Shown piece after piece: positions 8,681-16,934 of a stretch of 64,000 nucleotides of DNA (within the stretch, counting starts at the first letter, position 1; every line of letters starts with the position of its first letter). The notes beneath the pieces were generated by a model. The model was not told where the DNA came from, did not search any database, and worked only from the letters and a program-made list of their open reading frames with translations. The stretch comes from Candidatus Latescibacterota bacterium (GTDB lineage: Bacteria > Latescibacterota > UBA2968 > UBA8231), in assembly GCA_965248265.1 (NCBI GenBank), contig CBDFJF010000001.1, positions 128,001-192,000 of the forward strand. Direction: 5' to 3'. The position numbers and the translations under genes were made by a program.

Positions 8681-11338
8681 CTACTCGAGGCCGGCGTAAA
8701 CGGTGATGAAGCTCTGAGTGATCGTCAGCGGCTTCCGCCCCCTGGGATCCCGGCGATCGATCTTCAGACCCAATTGGGTGATGAGCTTGTACCCAAGGTA
8801 ATCGGAGACATTGGTGAACTGGCTGGCCGCGGCCACACCGTTGAAATCGTTGTCGTCCCTGACCAGATCATTCAGGAAGGTCAATTCCAGTCCCGCCTGA
8901 AACGTAGTATGTGTCAGCATGGGCACCGCCAGGATTACGCCGCCGATTTCGGCCAGCTCCTCTCTTTTGTCAGCTGAGACGAGATCGAGGGTCTGTTTTC
9001 GGTATTCGCTCTTCCAGCGGGGCTCGATCCACAGACGGCCCAATTCGAAGCGGTAGCTGGCTTTGTTGATCACGCCGAAGAAGTAATCGCGCTTCTCCAG
9101 ATCCAGGACGTCGCGCTCACTCTGGGTCAGGCGGTGGTGATAGAACTCCCATTTCAGAGAATTGACAGTCTTCAGACCTGCGTACTGATAATCGTGGCCG
9201 ATCCAGAGGGAATTCACCCAGGTATCCGGTGCGATCAGAGGATCGATGATCTTCGTCGCCTGCCCCAGGTGGACATCGACGTTTGGCAAAAATTGCAGGA
9301 GGTCGTTGGGGATATCGTCCTTCACCGATTTCAACATGTCGAATATCCTGAAACGACCGTAGCGGGGAAGGCTCCGGTCAACGGTGAGGAGAAGGTAGCT
9401 GATCTCATTTCTCTGGTCGGTGGAAATGAGCTGCTCACGCAGTACACCGGCCATGAGTCGGATACCCGGGGCCAGATGAGTTCCCCCATATACGTTGTAC
9501 CCTTCGTGATCCCTCCGGTACGGAAAGTCTGGCTCCTCGTCGTTCTCGAACCGGTCCACCCAGACGTTGTTGTTGAGGTCGATGCCGAAGAGAAACTCGG
9601 GACGATCCACGTTGTGGCGCAGGAAAGCCTCGTCGTAGTCCGGCGTCAAATTGGGCAGGATGCGGTTGTCGTTCTGGTTGAAATCCGAGATGAAATCATT
9701 GTTCTCATCCCAGCCAGGAAAAACCGTGCGGTCGCCTGCCGGATGGTCTCTGCGCTCGGTATCCGGCTCACGATCCTGGTCGTCGTTGTCGTCCACGAAT
9801 TCCACCACAAAGCTCCGTTCATCCTCGTAATCGAAGCGGCCATCGCGGGCGGTGACGAAGGTGCTCGTGTTGTAGCGGGGATCCATACTGTACGCTTCCC
9901 CAAAAGCGAACCAGGGGTACTCGTTTCGCGAGAGATTCACCATCCAGGCCGGAGCCGATCGTGCCCCTCTAATGCCGGACGAAGAAGAGTGATCCTGCGT
10001 GGATTTATTCGGGTATTTGGTGTAGGAATAACTCACATCGTATTCCCCGTAGAAGTCAAAGCCCTTCACCTGCTGAAGCTCCAGGGACATGCCCCAGATC
10101 TGCGTCGCTGTGGGCAGGCCGTACTCGAATTCTACGATCTGTAGATTGGTGTTGTCCTGAACGTTGCCCTTCGCCTGGGCGACCAGCAGCAGGACGGGCT
10201 GCTTGGTTCGATTCAGCTGCTTGCTCGAGGTGACCCAGACCTGGTAGTCATTCCCCAGGACGAGTCGGAATTCGACCTTCTTGATTTCTTCCTTCGGCCT
10301 GCTGGCCCGGGTGGCAAAACTCGGGCCGTTGAAATCGTAACGGAGGCGGATCTCTTCGGTGCCGTCGGCCGACAGGTGCCCCTCCTGTTCGAAACCGCCT
10401 TCGATGATGGGTCCGAAGCGGATCCTCTTGCCCTCGTCTACGGTACCGTCCAAGTAGGTGATGATGATGTCCGATCCGGCCTGAAAGAAGGCGGCGCCAC
10501 CGGTTCTGTCTTCGGGGGAATCATCCCTCAGCACGATCTCGATGAAATCGATGAATTCGTTCTGGTCAATCGTCAACTCCCCTGTAATAGGGTTGCCGGC
10601 AAACCCGTCGATCAGCGTGTTGGAGTGGTGCGAATTGACGGACGTGAGCCCCAGGGTGGCAAAGTCTCCCACCTGAGCCGTGACCCGCCCACCGATCAGA
10701 GAGGTCGTATTCGTGACGAGTCGTTCGCCCGCGGTGGCCTGCCCCCCGGGCGAACTGAGCCGTGAGTATATGACCGTGGCCTCATATTTGTCGGCAGCAT
10801 AGTCGAACTGCACTCCGTCCCAGGACGGTTTGGAGAAGGTCATCGGGGTGAGGGTGGTACGCAGCTCATCGCCGATCGTCATGGCGTAATTGTGTTGCCC
10901 CTTGGAGTCGGCGGAGATGACGAGGCTGCCGAACCATTCACCGAAATTGCTTGACTTGAGTACGGAGCTACCGTCCTGCTCGGGCTGGTTCTGCGAGTTG
11001 TTGAAGATCAGCCAACCCCGGGTTACGAAATTGCCGTAGAGATCGTAGAAGTAATCGCCCTGGAGCGTCGTGCTCACGTATCTCTGGTAGGCGTTCCTGG
11101 CGTAGTTTGAGTATTCCCACTGCCGCCACCGGTATTCGTTGTAGAGCTCCTGGGGTACGTACCATTTCTTCACCGCTGGATCCAGGGCCCCGAACATGAC
11201 GCCCGGACCCTGCGGCTCATACGAGAGCTCCCCACCCCGTCTCACGGAACCCAGGCGGGCACCGTAGTCCTGGGCCGATACCTGCGCGGATGCCAGCACG
11301 AAACTGACACATACCAGGAGATGGACGTATCTGCTCAC
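8681..11338 (-). CDS. Large exported protein of unknown function, possibly outer-membrane, with Asp/Asn-rich loops
   Basis: GTG 11338 after AGGAGG RBS (ORF track starts 11362); signal peptide ending ASAQVSA; DDNDDQD, DENNDFISD, DLNNNVWVD motifs; alternating beta-strand pattern in the C-terminal third. Confidence 0.7.
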   Translation of the reverse strand: MSRYVHLLVCVSFVLASAQVSAQDYGARLGSVRRGGELSYEPQGPGVMFGALDPAVKKWYVPQELYNEYRWRQWEYSNYARNAYQRYVSTTLQGDYFYDLYGNFVTRGWLIFNNSQNQPEQDGSSVLKSSNFGEWFGSLVISADSKGQHNYAMTIGDELRTTLTPMTFSKPSWDGVQFDYAADKYEATVIYSRLSSPGGQATAGERLVTNTTSLIGGRVTAQVGDFATLGLTSVNSHHSNTLIDGFAGNPITGELTIDQNEFIDFIEIVLRDDSPEDRTGGAAFFQAGSDIIITYLDGTVDEGKRIRFGPIIEGGFEQEGHLSADGTEEIRLRYDFNGPSFATRASRPKEEIKKVEFRLVLGNDYQVWVTSSKQLNRTKQPVLLLVAQAKGNVQDNTNLQIVEFEYGLPTATQIWGMSLELQQVKGFDFYGEYDVSYSYTKYPNKSTQDHSSSSGIRGARSAPAWMVNLSRNEYPWFAFGEAYSMDPRYNTSTFVTARDGRFDYEDERSFVVEFVDDNDDQDREPDTERRDHPAGDRTVFPGWDENNDFISDFNQNDNRILPNLTPDYDEAFLRHNVDRPEFLFGIDLNNNVWVDRFENDEEPDFPYRRDHEGYNVYGGTHLAPGIRLMAGVLREQLISTDQRNEISYLLLTVDRSLPRYGRFRIFDMLKSVKDDIPNDLLQFLPNVDVHLGQATKIIDPLIAPDTWVNSLWIGHDYQYAGLKTVNSLKWEFYHHRLTQSERDVLDLEKRDYFFGVINKASYRFELGRLWIEPRWKSEYRKQTLDLVSADKREELAEIGGVILAVPMLTHTTFQAGLELTFLNDLVRDDNDFNGVAAASQFTNVSDYLGYKLITQLGLKIDRRDPRGRKPLTITQSFITVYAGLE

Positions 11339-11385
11339 GGCACGCCTCCTCTGTTCAACCAACCACCGCCGCCAATAATTGCCGT

Positions 11386-14300
11386 TCAGTAAGCCACGGC
11401 GATTGACCGCAAGAGTGTGACGTCACCCGAGTCAGTCTCCAGTCTTATCTGGCAGATGTAGATGCCGGGCAGGACTCTTCGCCCGCGTGTGTCGGTGCCG
11501 TCCCATGGCATGACCGCTCGTCCACTGCCGACCATCTGGGACTTTTCGTACACCCGGGTTCCATCGAGCTGGTAGATTCGCATCTCGACACGGCGCCCGG
11601 CGCTGAGGTCGAGGATGTTCATGTGGACGAGGGTTTCGTCATTGATACCGTCACCGTTGGGCGAGAACGGGTTGGGGGCAATGTCGGACAACTCGATAGT
11701 CCTGGTCTCGAGCGGCAGACTGATGGAGAGCGTATTGCCCTCGCGCAGCTTCGAGGCATCACCGGCTTCGACGTCCTGCCAGAGGGCCGTCGGGTCGCCA
11801 CCTCCCGCCGCGTTGCGGACGGCGACGGCGAGGGTGGTGCCGTTCCTGAAGACCGGGGCTGCAAAGCGCACCCGTATCTCAGGGCCTGCCCCGACGACTG
11901 TACCCTTCCTGTCCTGCGACAGCCGTCTGTGCCCCGTCGCATCGAGCGAATCACCGTCGACGCCAAAGGGGAACTGAGCCCCGTCCCCGAGCAACACTCG
12001 GAAATATCGTCTGGGCCCCCTCTCTTCTTCCTCCAGCTCGCCCCAGATCAACTGGGGGACCTTTTCTCCGACTGTGTCGATTTTCGTCAACCGAATCCCG
12101 CCGCCGGCGAGAAGGGTCTGGCGGAAGTACAGGATGTCTCCCTGCTCCTCCTCTTCGAGCGCTCCATAGGCTATGGCCGAGAGCGGTTGAGCTTCGTGGT
12201 CCACGGGAACCTGGTCGCCTGCGGCCGTGATCGCATTGTACGTCCTCTCGGCCTCACTCCTGGGGAGTATGTTGATGGTTGAAGACCATCGCACCCGGAT
12301 GGAATCGGTGGAGCTTGTCAATACCTGTAGCTCCTCGCCCTCATCGTCCACGAAGATGCCATCGACTCCAGAGGGGTGGAATTCCTGTTTCGCTGCTCCG
12401 GTTTGGGAGTCGACACCCACGTCGATCCCGAGCAGGTCAACGGGTACTCCCGACGGCATGACCAGCTGCATTTCATCGAAGCCCTCGCTTCGAGATCCCA
12501 CCGGCCGTTCGACGAAATGGGTCTGGATGAAGACCTCGAAGGTGTCCACCCGCCCCGCCACCGCAACGTGCGTCGGCCACAGCTCAGCGAGAAGGTCTTC
12601 GCCCACCAACTCCGTGAGTCCTAAGTCGATGGAACGGATCGACGCTGCCGCCTCGCGGGCTTGGCTTTTCAGCTTGACCTGAAGCTGCAGAAACTTCCTT
12701 CCCCCGGGCGACGTGACGGGCACGCCCGGATGCTCGTAATTGCGACTCCAGGCGCTCCAGCCGACGGTGGGTACGAAGGTCGTGTCTGACGTCCGCCAGG
12801 AATTGAGCAGACGATTCCAGGTGGCAAGGTCGATCTCGTGGCCGGTATTTTTGTTGTAGTAGCGGATTTCCTTCCCCAGGATGTCTCCCGTGCGAGTCCG
12901 GATCTCCAGGTCAGTTCCAGGCGGTGTATCGCCGACCCATGAAATGCGGGCCGGGGTGCTCCCGGAGGGGATCTCGATCAAGTCCGAGGTCAACACCGCC
13001 TCGGCGACATATCCCCTCGAAAAGAGCCCGTATTCGGCGATGCAGGCGCTAGTGTTCCTGAGTGCGTCCAGATCCTCTATAGTGGAAATTTTCATCTCCA
13101 GAAACCGCACCTGCCTGGGGGGATCGTAAACGTCCATGAATTGCTTGTAATTGTTCACCGAGTTTTCTGTGCGCTCCAGAGGACTGAGGGGTTCCAAATT
13201 AAACCCTCCGGTTACGTCCCGGCTGCCGTCTGAGCTGCGGTGTATGTATCCGTCGAAGTCCTTGCACGGGAGGCCGATAATATCCACTGCCGATACACGG
13301 ACGACGTCCAGCCAGAAGGTGGCACCGAGATCGACCGTCAAAATCCCGGCAGGGTACCCCGGAATCGCGATCTCGTGATCGTAGTAGGTGCTGAAGTCTC
13401 CGTCGAAGGCAAGGGGCGGAGGATTCAACACGGACGGCAAGAGGAGACTGAAATTGCCGCCGCCCTCCAAAAGATTCGGGCTGATGTTGTCCCCGAAACC
13501 CCACACCTCGATGTCGGCCAGGTGGGGACGCTCGCTCCGGTAGTAGTCTCTGCGCCCCTGACGCGCCGCCGGCAATCTGTTGTATTCGTCCTTTTCAATC
13601 GGTTCCTCGACTCCTTGCGAATCTTTGACGAAATAGAGGACATCGCCTCGATCCCCATCGTCCAGAGCGGCCCATTCCGCCTCGGAGATTTCCGTGTGTC
13701 TGCTACCTTTGGTGTCGGTGACGACGATCCGGATGGTTTCGACCATCCTGCCTGTCCAGCCAGGGGCTGCCTCCAGGTTGTCCTGCAGCGGAACCGAGAA
13801 AGTCCGGGCTGTATTGGGCTTGTCCGTCCCCCCCACAACCTGCAACTGCAGCTGCCGTGCATTCTGTGTGACCGGTTCCTGATGGAGAGAAGTCAAGACC
13901 CTGAACTGACGGAATGGATCGCCCCTCCCCTCGTCTGCGAATTTGAGAACCAGCGAATCCACGGGCACTGTCCGACCGAGGTCCACTTCGATCCACCATC
14001 GCTCGATCGGGTCATCGGAATCCGGCTCCCAGCATGTCGCTTCGATGCCGTCCAGGATATTCGCGGCTGAGTCCGGGTTTGAGCCCACCCGGCTGATGCC
14101 AGGTTTGACGAAATACACGTACACCGGCACGTCCCGACCTCCTCTTTTCTGCGTGATGATCTCGCCCAGCGGGTCGCGCTTCACCGTGCTGTCGATGTTG
14201 AGGATGGCAACGTCGTCGTTCCGGCGTATCAGGTCCGGGAGCTTCCGGCTGAATGTCTTGAGATCGTCGAGGACGTTGTATCGATCTCGGAAGAGCTTCG

Positions 14301-14541
14301 GTTTGACCCCCGCGGAAGTCACTTCGACGGCGTGAGTGGGCATTCCCCAGTTCTGCCAGTGCCCTTTCGCACTGACGATCACCCTGGCTTCGCCGACGAC
14401 CCGGTGCCCTTTGTTGCTCTGGGGGTGAACAGATTGCGGGGCAGTCAGAAAGAAGGCCAGTGCCCAGACATGGATGAGTGCGACCGGGATGCGGCTCGGC
14501 CCTGCACCCGTGGCGGGCGTGCTGCTGAGGAACTGCCTCAT
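11386..14541 (-). CDS. Secreted protein with two discoidin-like domains and C-terminal FlgD-Ig domain
   Basis: 1051 aa; WWIEVDLG and LTVDLG motifs; PNPFSPNGDGIND...WDGTDTRGRRVLPGIY tail; paralog of 5439..7625. Confidence 0.8.
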   Translation of the reverse strand: MRQFLSSTPATGAGPSRIPVALIHVWALAFFLTAPQSVHPQSNKGHRVVGEARVIVSAKGHWQNWGMPTHAVEVTSAGVKPKLFRDRYNVLDDLKTFSRKLPDLIRRNDDVAILNIDSTVKRDPLGEIITQKRGGRDVPVYVYFVKPGISRVGSNPDSAANILDGIEATCWEPDSDDPIERWWIEVDLGRTVPVDSLVLKFADEGRGDPFRQFRVLTSLHQEPVTQNARQLQLQVVGGTDKPNTARTFSVPLQDNLEAAPGWTGRMVETIRIVVTDTKGSRHTEISEAEWAALDDGDRGDVLYFVKDSQGVEEPIEKDEYNRLPAARQGRRDYYRSERPHLADIEVWGFGDNISPNLLEGGGNFSLLLPSVLNPPPLAFDGDFSTYYDHEIAIPGYPAGILTVDLGATFWLDVVRVSAVDIIGLPCKDFDGYIHRSSDGSRDVTGGFNLEPLSPLERTENSVNNYKQFMDVYDPPRQVRFLEMKISTIEDLDALRNTSACIAEYGLFSRGYVAEAVLTSDLIEIPSGSTPARISWVGDTPPGTDLEIRTRTGDILGKEIRYYNKNTGHEIDLATWNRLLNSWRTSDTTFVPTVGWSAWSRNYEHPGVPVTSPGGRKFLQLQVKLKSQAREAAASIRSIDLGLTELVGEDLLAELWPTHVAVAGRVDTFEVFIQTHFVERPVGSRSEGFDEMQLVMPSGVPVDLLGIDVGVDSQTGAAKQEFHPSGVDGIFVDDEGEELQVLTSSTDSIRVRWSSTINILPRSEAERTYNAITAAGDQVPVDHEAQPLSAIAYGALEEEEQGDILYFRQTLLAGGGIRLTKIDTVGEKVPQLIWGELEEEERGPRRYFRVLLGDGAQFPFGVDGDSLDATGHRRLSQDRKGTVVGAGPEIRVRFAAPVFRNGTTLAVAVRNAAGGGDPTALWQDVEAGDASKLREGNTLSISLPLETRTIELSDIAPNPFSPNGDGINDETLVHMNILDLSAGRRVEMRIYQLDGTRVYEKSQMVGSGRAVMPWDGTDTRGRRVLPGIYICQIRLETDSGDVTLLRSIAVAY

Positions 14542-14571
14542 GCGTGCCTCCTGCGGACTGCTGACCTGGAG

Positions 14572-16224
14572 TCAATCGGCCAAAAGACTATCCGGTAGCG
14601 CTTCGGCAAGACGGGACTCGTACACCCTGACCTCGGCGGCGTATTTGTCACGCAACTGCGCCAGCAACGCCTCCATGCCTTCTTTCGCTTTTTCCACGAG
14701 CAGCGTCGCCGTAGCCTGTCTCTTCGCCGTACCATACGGTTGCACCGTCCGCGGCTCCACGCTCAGCACTTTGAATACCGACCATCCCCCTTTCACTTCG
14801 ATGGGGCCGACGATCTCTCCCTCGGGCGCTGCCATGATGGCCGACAAAAGCCGGGGATAGAGAGCACTTTGGCGATAATGAAAGTGAAATCGGCCGGTGG
14901 ACTCCCGGGCCCCCTCCCTCAAGCTGCTGATCGTGAAGTCCTCCCAAGGCTCTCCCGCTGCCAGCCGCCGATGCACCTCCAGCGCCTCGTCCTTGGTCAG
15001 CAACAGCACCTCCTTGATATATGCCGAAAACTCGGTCATGAAGAATTCGGGGTTGCTGTCGTAATACTGCTTCACTTGCTCCTCGGATAGGCCTACGCGC
15101 TCGGGTGCGACGGACTTCCTGATCATTTCGAGCAGGGCTTTCTTCGCGGTTTTCTCCTCGAACTCGCGGACCTCAGGTCTGTCGTACAACCCGGCCTGCC
15201 GGGCCGCTGCGTCGAACAGGGCGGGACGGAGGACTGCCACCTCGAGGGTGGAGACGGCCTTTGCGCTGTCCGCCAGCTGTCGGAAATGGTCCGGCCGCTG
15301 CATGACTTCGTAGGCCTCGGCAACCGTTACCTCGCCGCCCTCAAATCCGTACAGTACGACCCCGCTTTTTTCCAGTCCAGTGGTCTCCTTCGTGCGATAG
15401 GCCTCCCGCAGTTCCGTCAGTCCCCCCGGATGAAGCCTGACCCCAAAGGACTCCCTGAGCGATTCGAAGTGCTCCGCTTCCAGCTGAGACATCATGTCAC
15501 CCAGGAGGTGAGACCTTGCCGCGCCCCGGTATCTCTCAAACGGTACCGGGCGCTCTTGTGTGAATCGGAGGACGGACCAACTGTTGTCCACAGGCTGAGG
15601 TTTTGAGACCTCACCCAGGGGCAGAGAGACAAAGAGATCCAGCGGGATGCCGACCGACCCTACTCTGTACCGGTCCACCCACGTATAGTGCCCTCCCTGG
15701 CTGGCGGCGCGCTCCTCCGTGGAATACTCACGGGCGACTTCCTCGAAAGGACGACCCGCCTCCAGTTCACCCACGACCTTGTCGATGTCTGCCCGAGTAT
15801 CCACCACAATCGCGGTGAACCAGCGTTCGATCTGGAAACCGTGATGGGCGGAGAATGCGCGCAGCTCATCCTCCGTGACCTCGATTCTTGACAGGATTTT
15901 GTCATGGCGGTAACGCGCCCGCACCTTCGTGGCAACCGCATTCCGGACCGACTCCCGCACCGTCAAGGTCGTGTCCAGGCCACGGGATCTGGCCTCCATC
16001 AGCAACAGGCGGCCGTCTACGAGGGACTGCAGGTAGTGTCGCCGTGCTGCCTCGCCTGTCTTCTCTGTGCGCAATCCCGGCGCCAAGCCGCTGACGAATT
16101 CTCGCAAGGCGGTGGGCGTGATCTCGTGCGATCCCACCACGGCCACCACGTCATCTGGCTCCGGTCGACTGCAGCAGGCCAGGAAGCTCGCGAAAACGGC
16201 GATGCCGAGCCGGAAGTAAACCAT
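14572..16224 (-). CDS. PpiC/parvulin-type peptidyl-prolyl isomerase, SurA/PrsA-like lipoprotein
   Basis: ATG 16224 after GAGGAG; lipobox-like FLACC; VVAVVGSHEIT; FEEVAREYS..GG; GEVSKP; second domain GEIVGPIEVKGGWSVFKV. Confidence 0.8.
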   Translation of the reverse strand: MVYFRLGIAVFASFLACCSRPEPDDVVAVVGSHEITPTALREFVSGLAPGLRTEKTGEAARRHYLQSLVDGRLLLMEARSRGLDTTLTVRESVRNAVATKVRARYRHDKILSRIEVTEDELRAFSAHHGFQIERWFTAIVVDTRADIDKVVGELEAGRPFEEVAREYSTEERAASQGGHYTWVDRYRVGSVGIPLDLFVSLPLGEVSKPQPVDNSWSVLRFTQERPVPFERYRGAARSHLLGDMMSQLEAEHFESLRESFGVRLHPGGLTELREAYRTKETTGLEKSGVVLYGFEGGEVTVAEAYEVMQRPDHFRQLADSAKAVSTLEVAVLRPALFDAAARQAGLYDRPEVREFEEKTAKKALLEMIRKSVAPERVGLSEEQVKQYYDSNPEFFMTEFSAYIKEVLLLTKDEALEVHRRLAAGEPWEDFTISSLREGARESTGRFHFHYRQSALYPRLLSAIMAAPEGEIVGPIEVKGGWSVFKVLSVEPRTVQPYGTAKRQATATLLVEKAKEGMEALLAQLRDKYAAEVRVYESRLAEALPDSLLAD

Positions 16225-16359
16225 GCTTGTGCTCTCCTCACGCGTGTGCGTGGACAGTTCCCCACCTGTTTGTCGAATGGTACTCCATATCACACCCTCA
16301 CACAACATGGTCGGCAGAGCGTCTTGTCCTGTGCGCGTAGCGAAACACCGACGCTGTCC

Positions 16360-16835
16360 TCAGCCATCCAGCAGTGTCCGCATCTCCTCCGCCACACCCT
16401 CCACCGCCGCCTCGAGAATGGCGCCGCCCTTGGCGGTCGTCGCCTTCTGCGCGTTCTCGTAGTTCAGAGAGTCGGCGCGAATGCGCTCCGGGAACACGGC
16501 CATGGCGAAGGAGGTTTCGAACTCTCCGGCGTGGCCCCCCGAGCGCTCCAGCTCCAGGTTCGCCTCGTACCACTCCTGGCTGATCGTCTCCCAGTAGGAC
16601 ACGTAGCTCACGCCCATGGCGTCGAGCCGGGCCATGGTATCCGGCGCCACGGCCGCCATTTTCTCGCGCTTGTTTCCCCCGTGACCGTTGACGACCATCA
16701 CCCTCGCCACTCCGAGCCGCACCAGGCTGTCGCACACGTCGTGGACCGTCTCCACGTGGATCTCGGGGCGCACCGTCAAGGCGCCACCCCGCGCCATATG
16801 GTGCTCCGACACCCTCATCGGAATGGTCGGGGCCG
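16360..16835 (-). pseudogene. Creatininase family protein, N-terminally truncated
   Basis: PTIP.VSEHHM, VVNGHGGN and GGHAGEFETS motifs; the N-terminal part with the first metal ligands is absent. Confidence 0.7.
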
Positions 16836-16934
16836 TGCACCGGTCTGGTTGACGGGGTCTGCAAATCTGTTCCTCACGGACCGTACAACGCCAGCGTCTA
16901 CGCGTACAGCGGCGAGGCCGGCTACGGACTGGCA

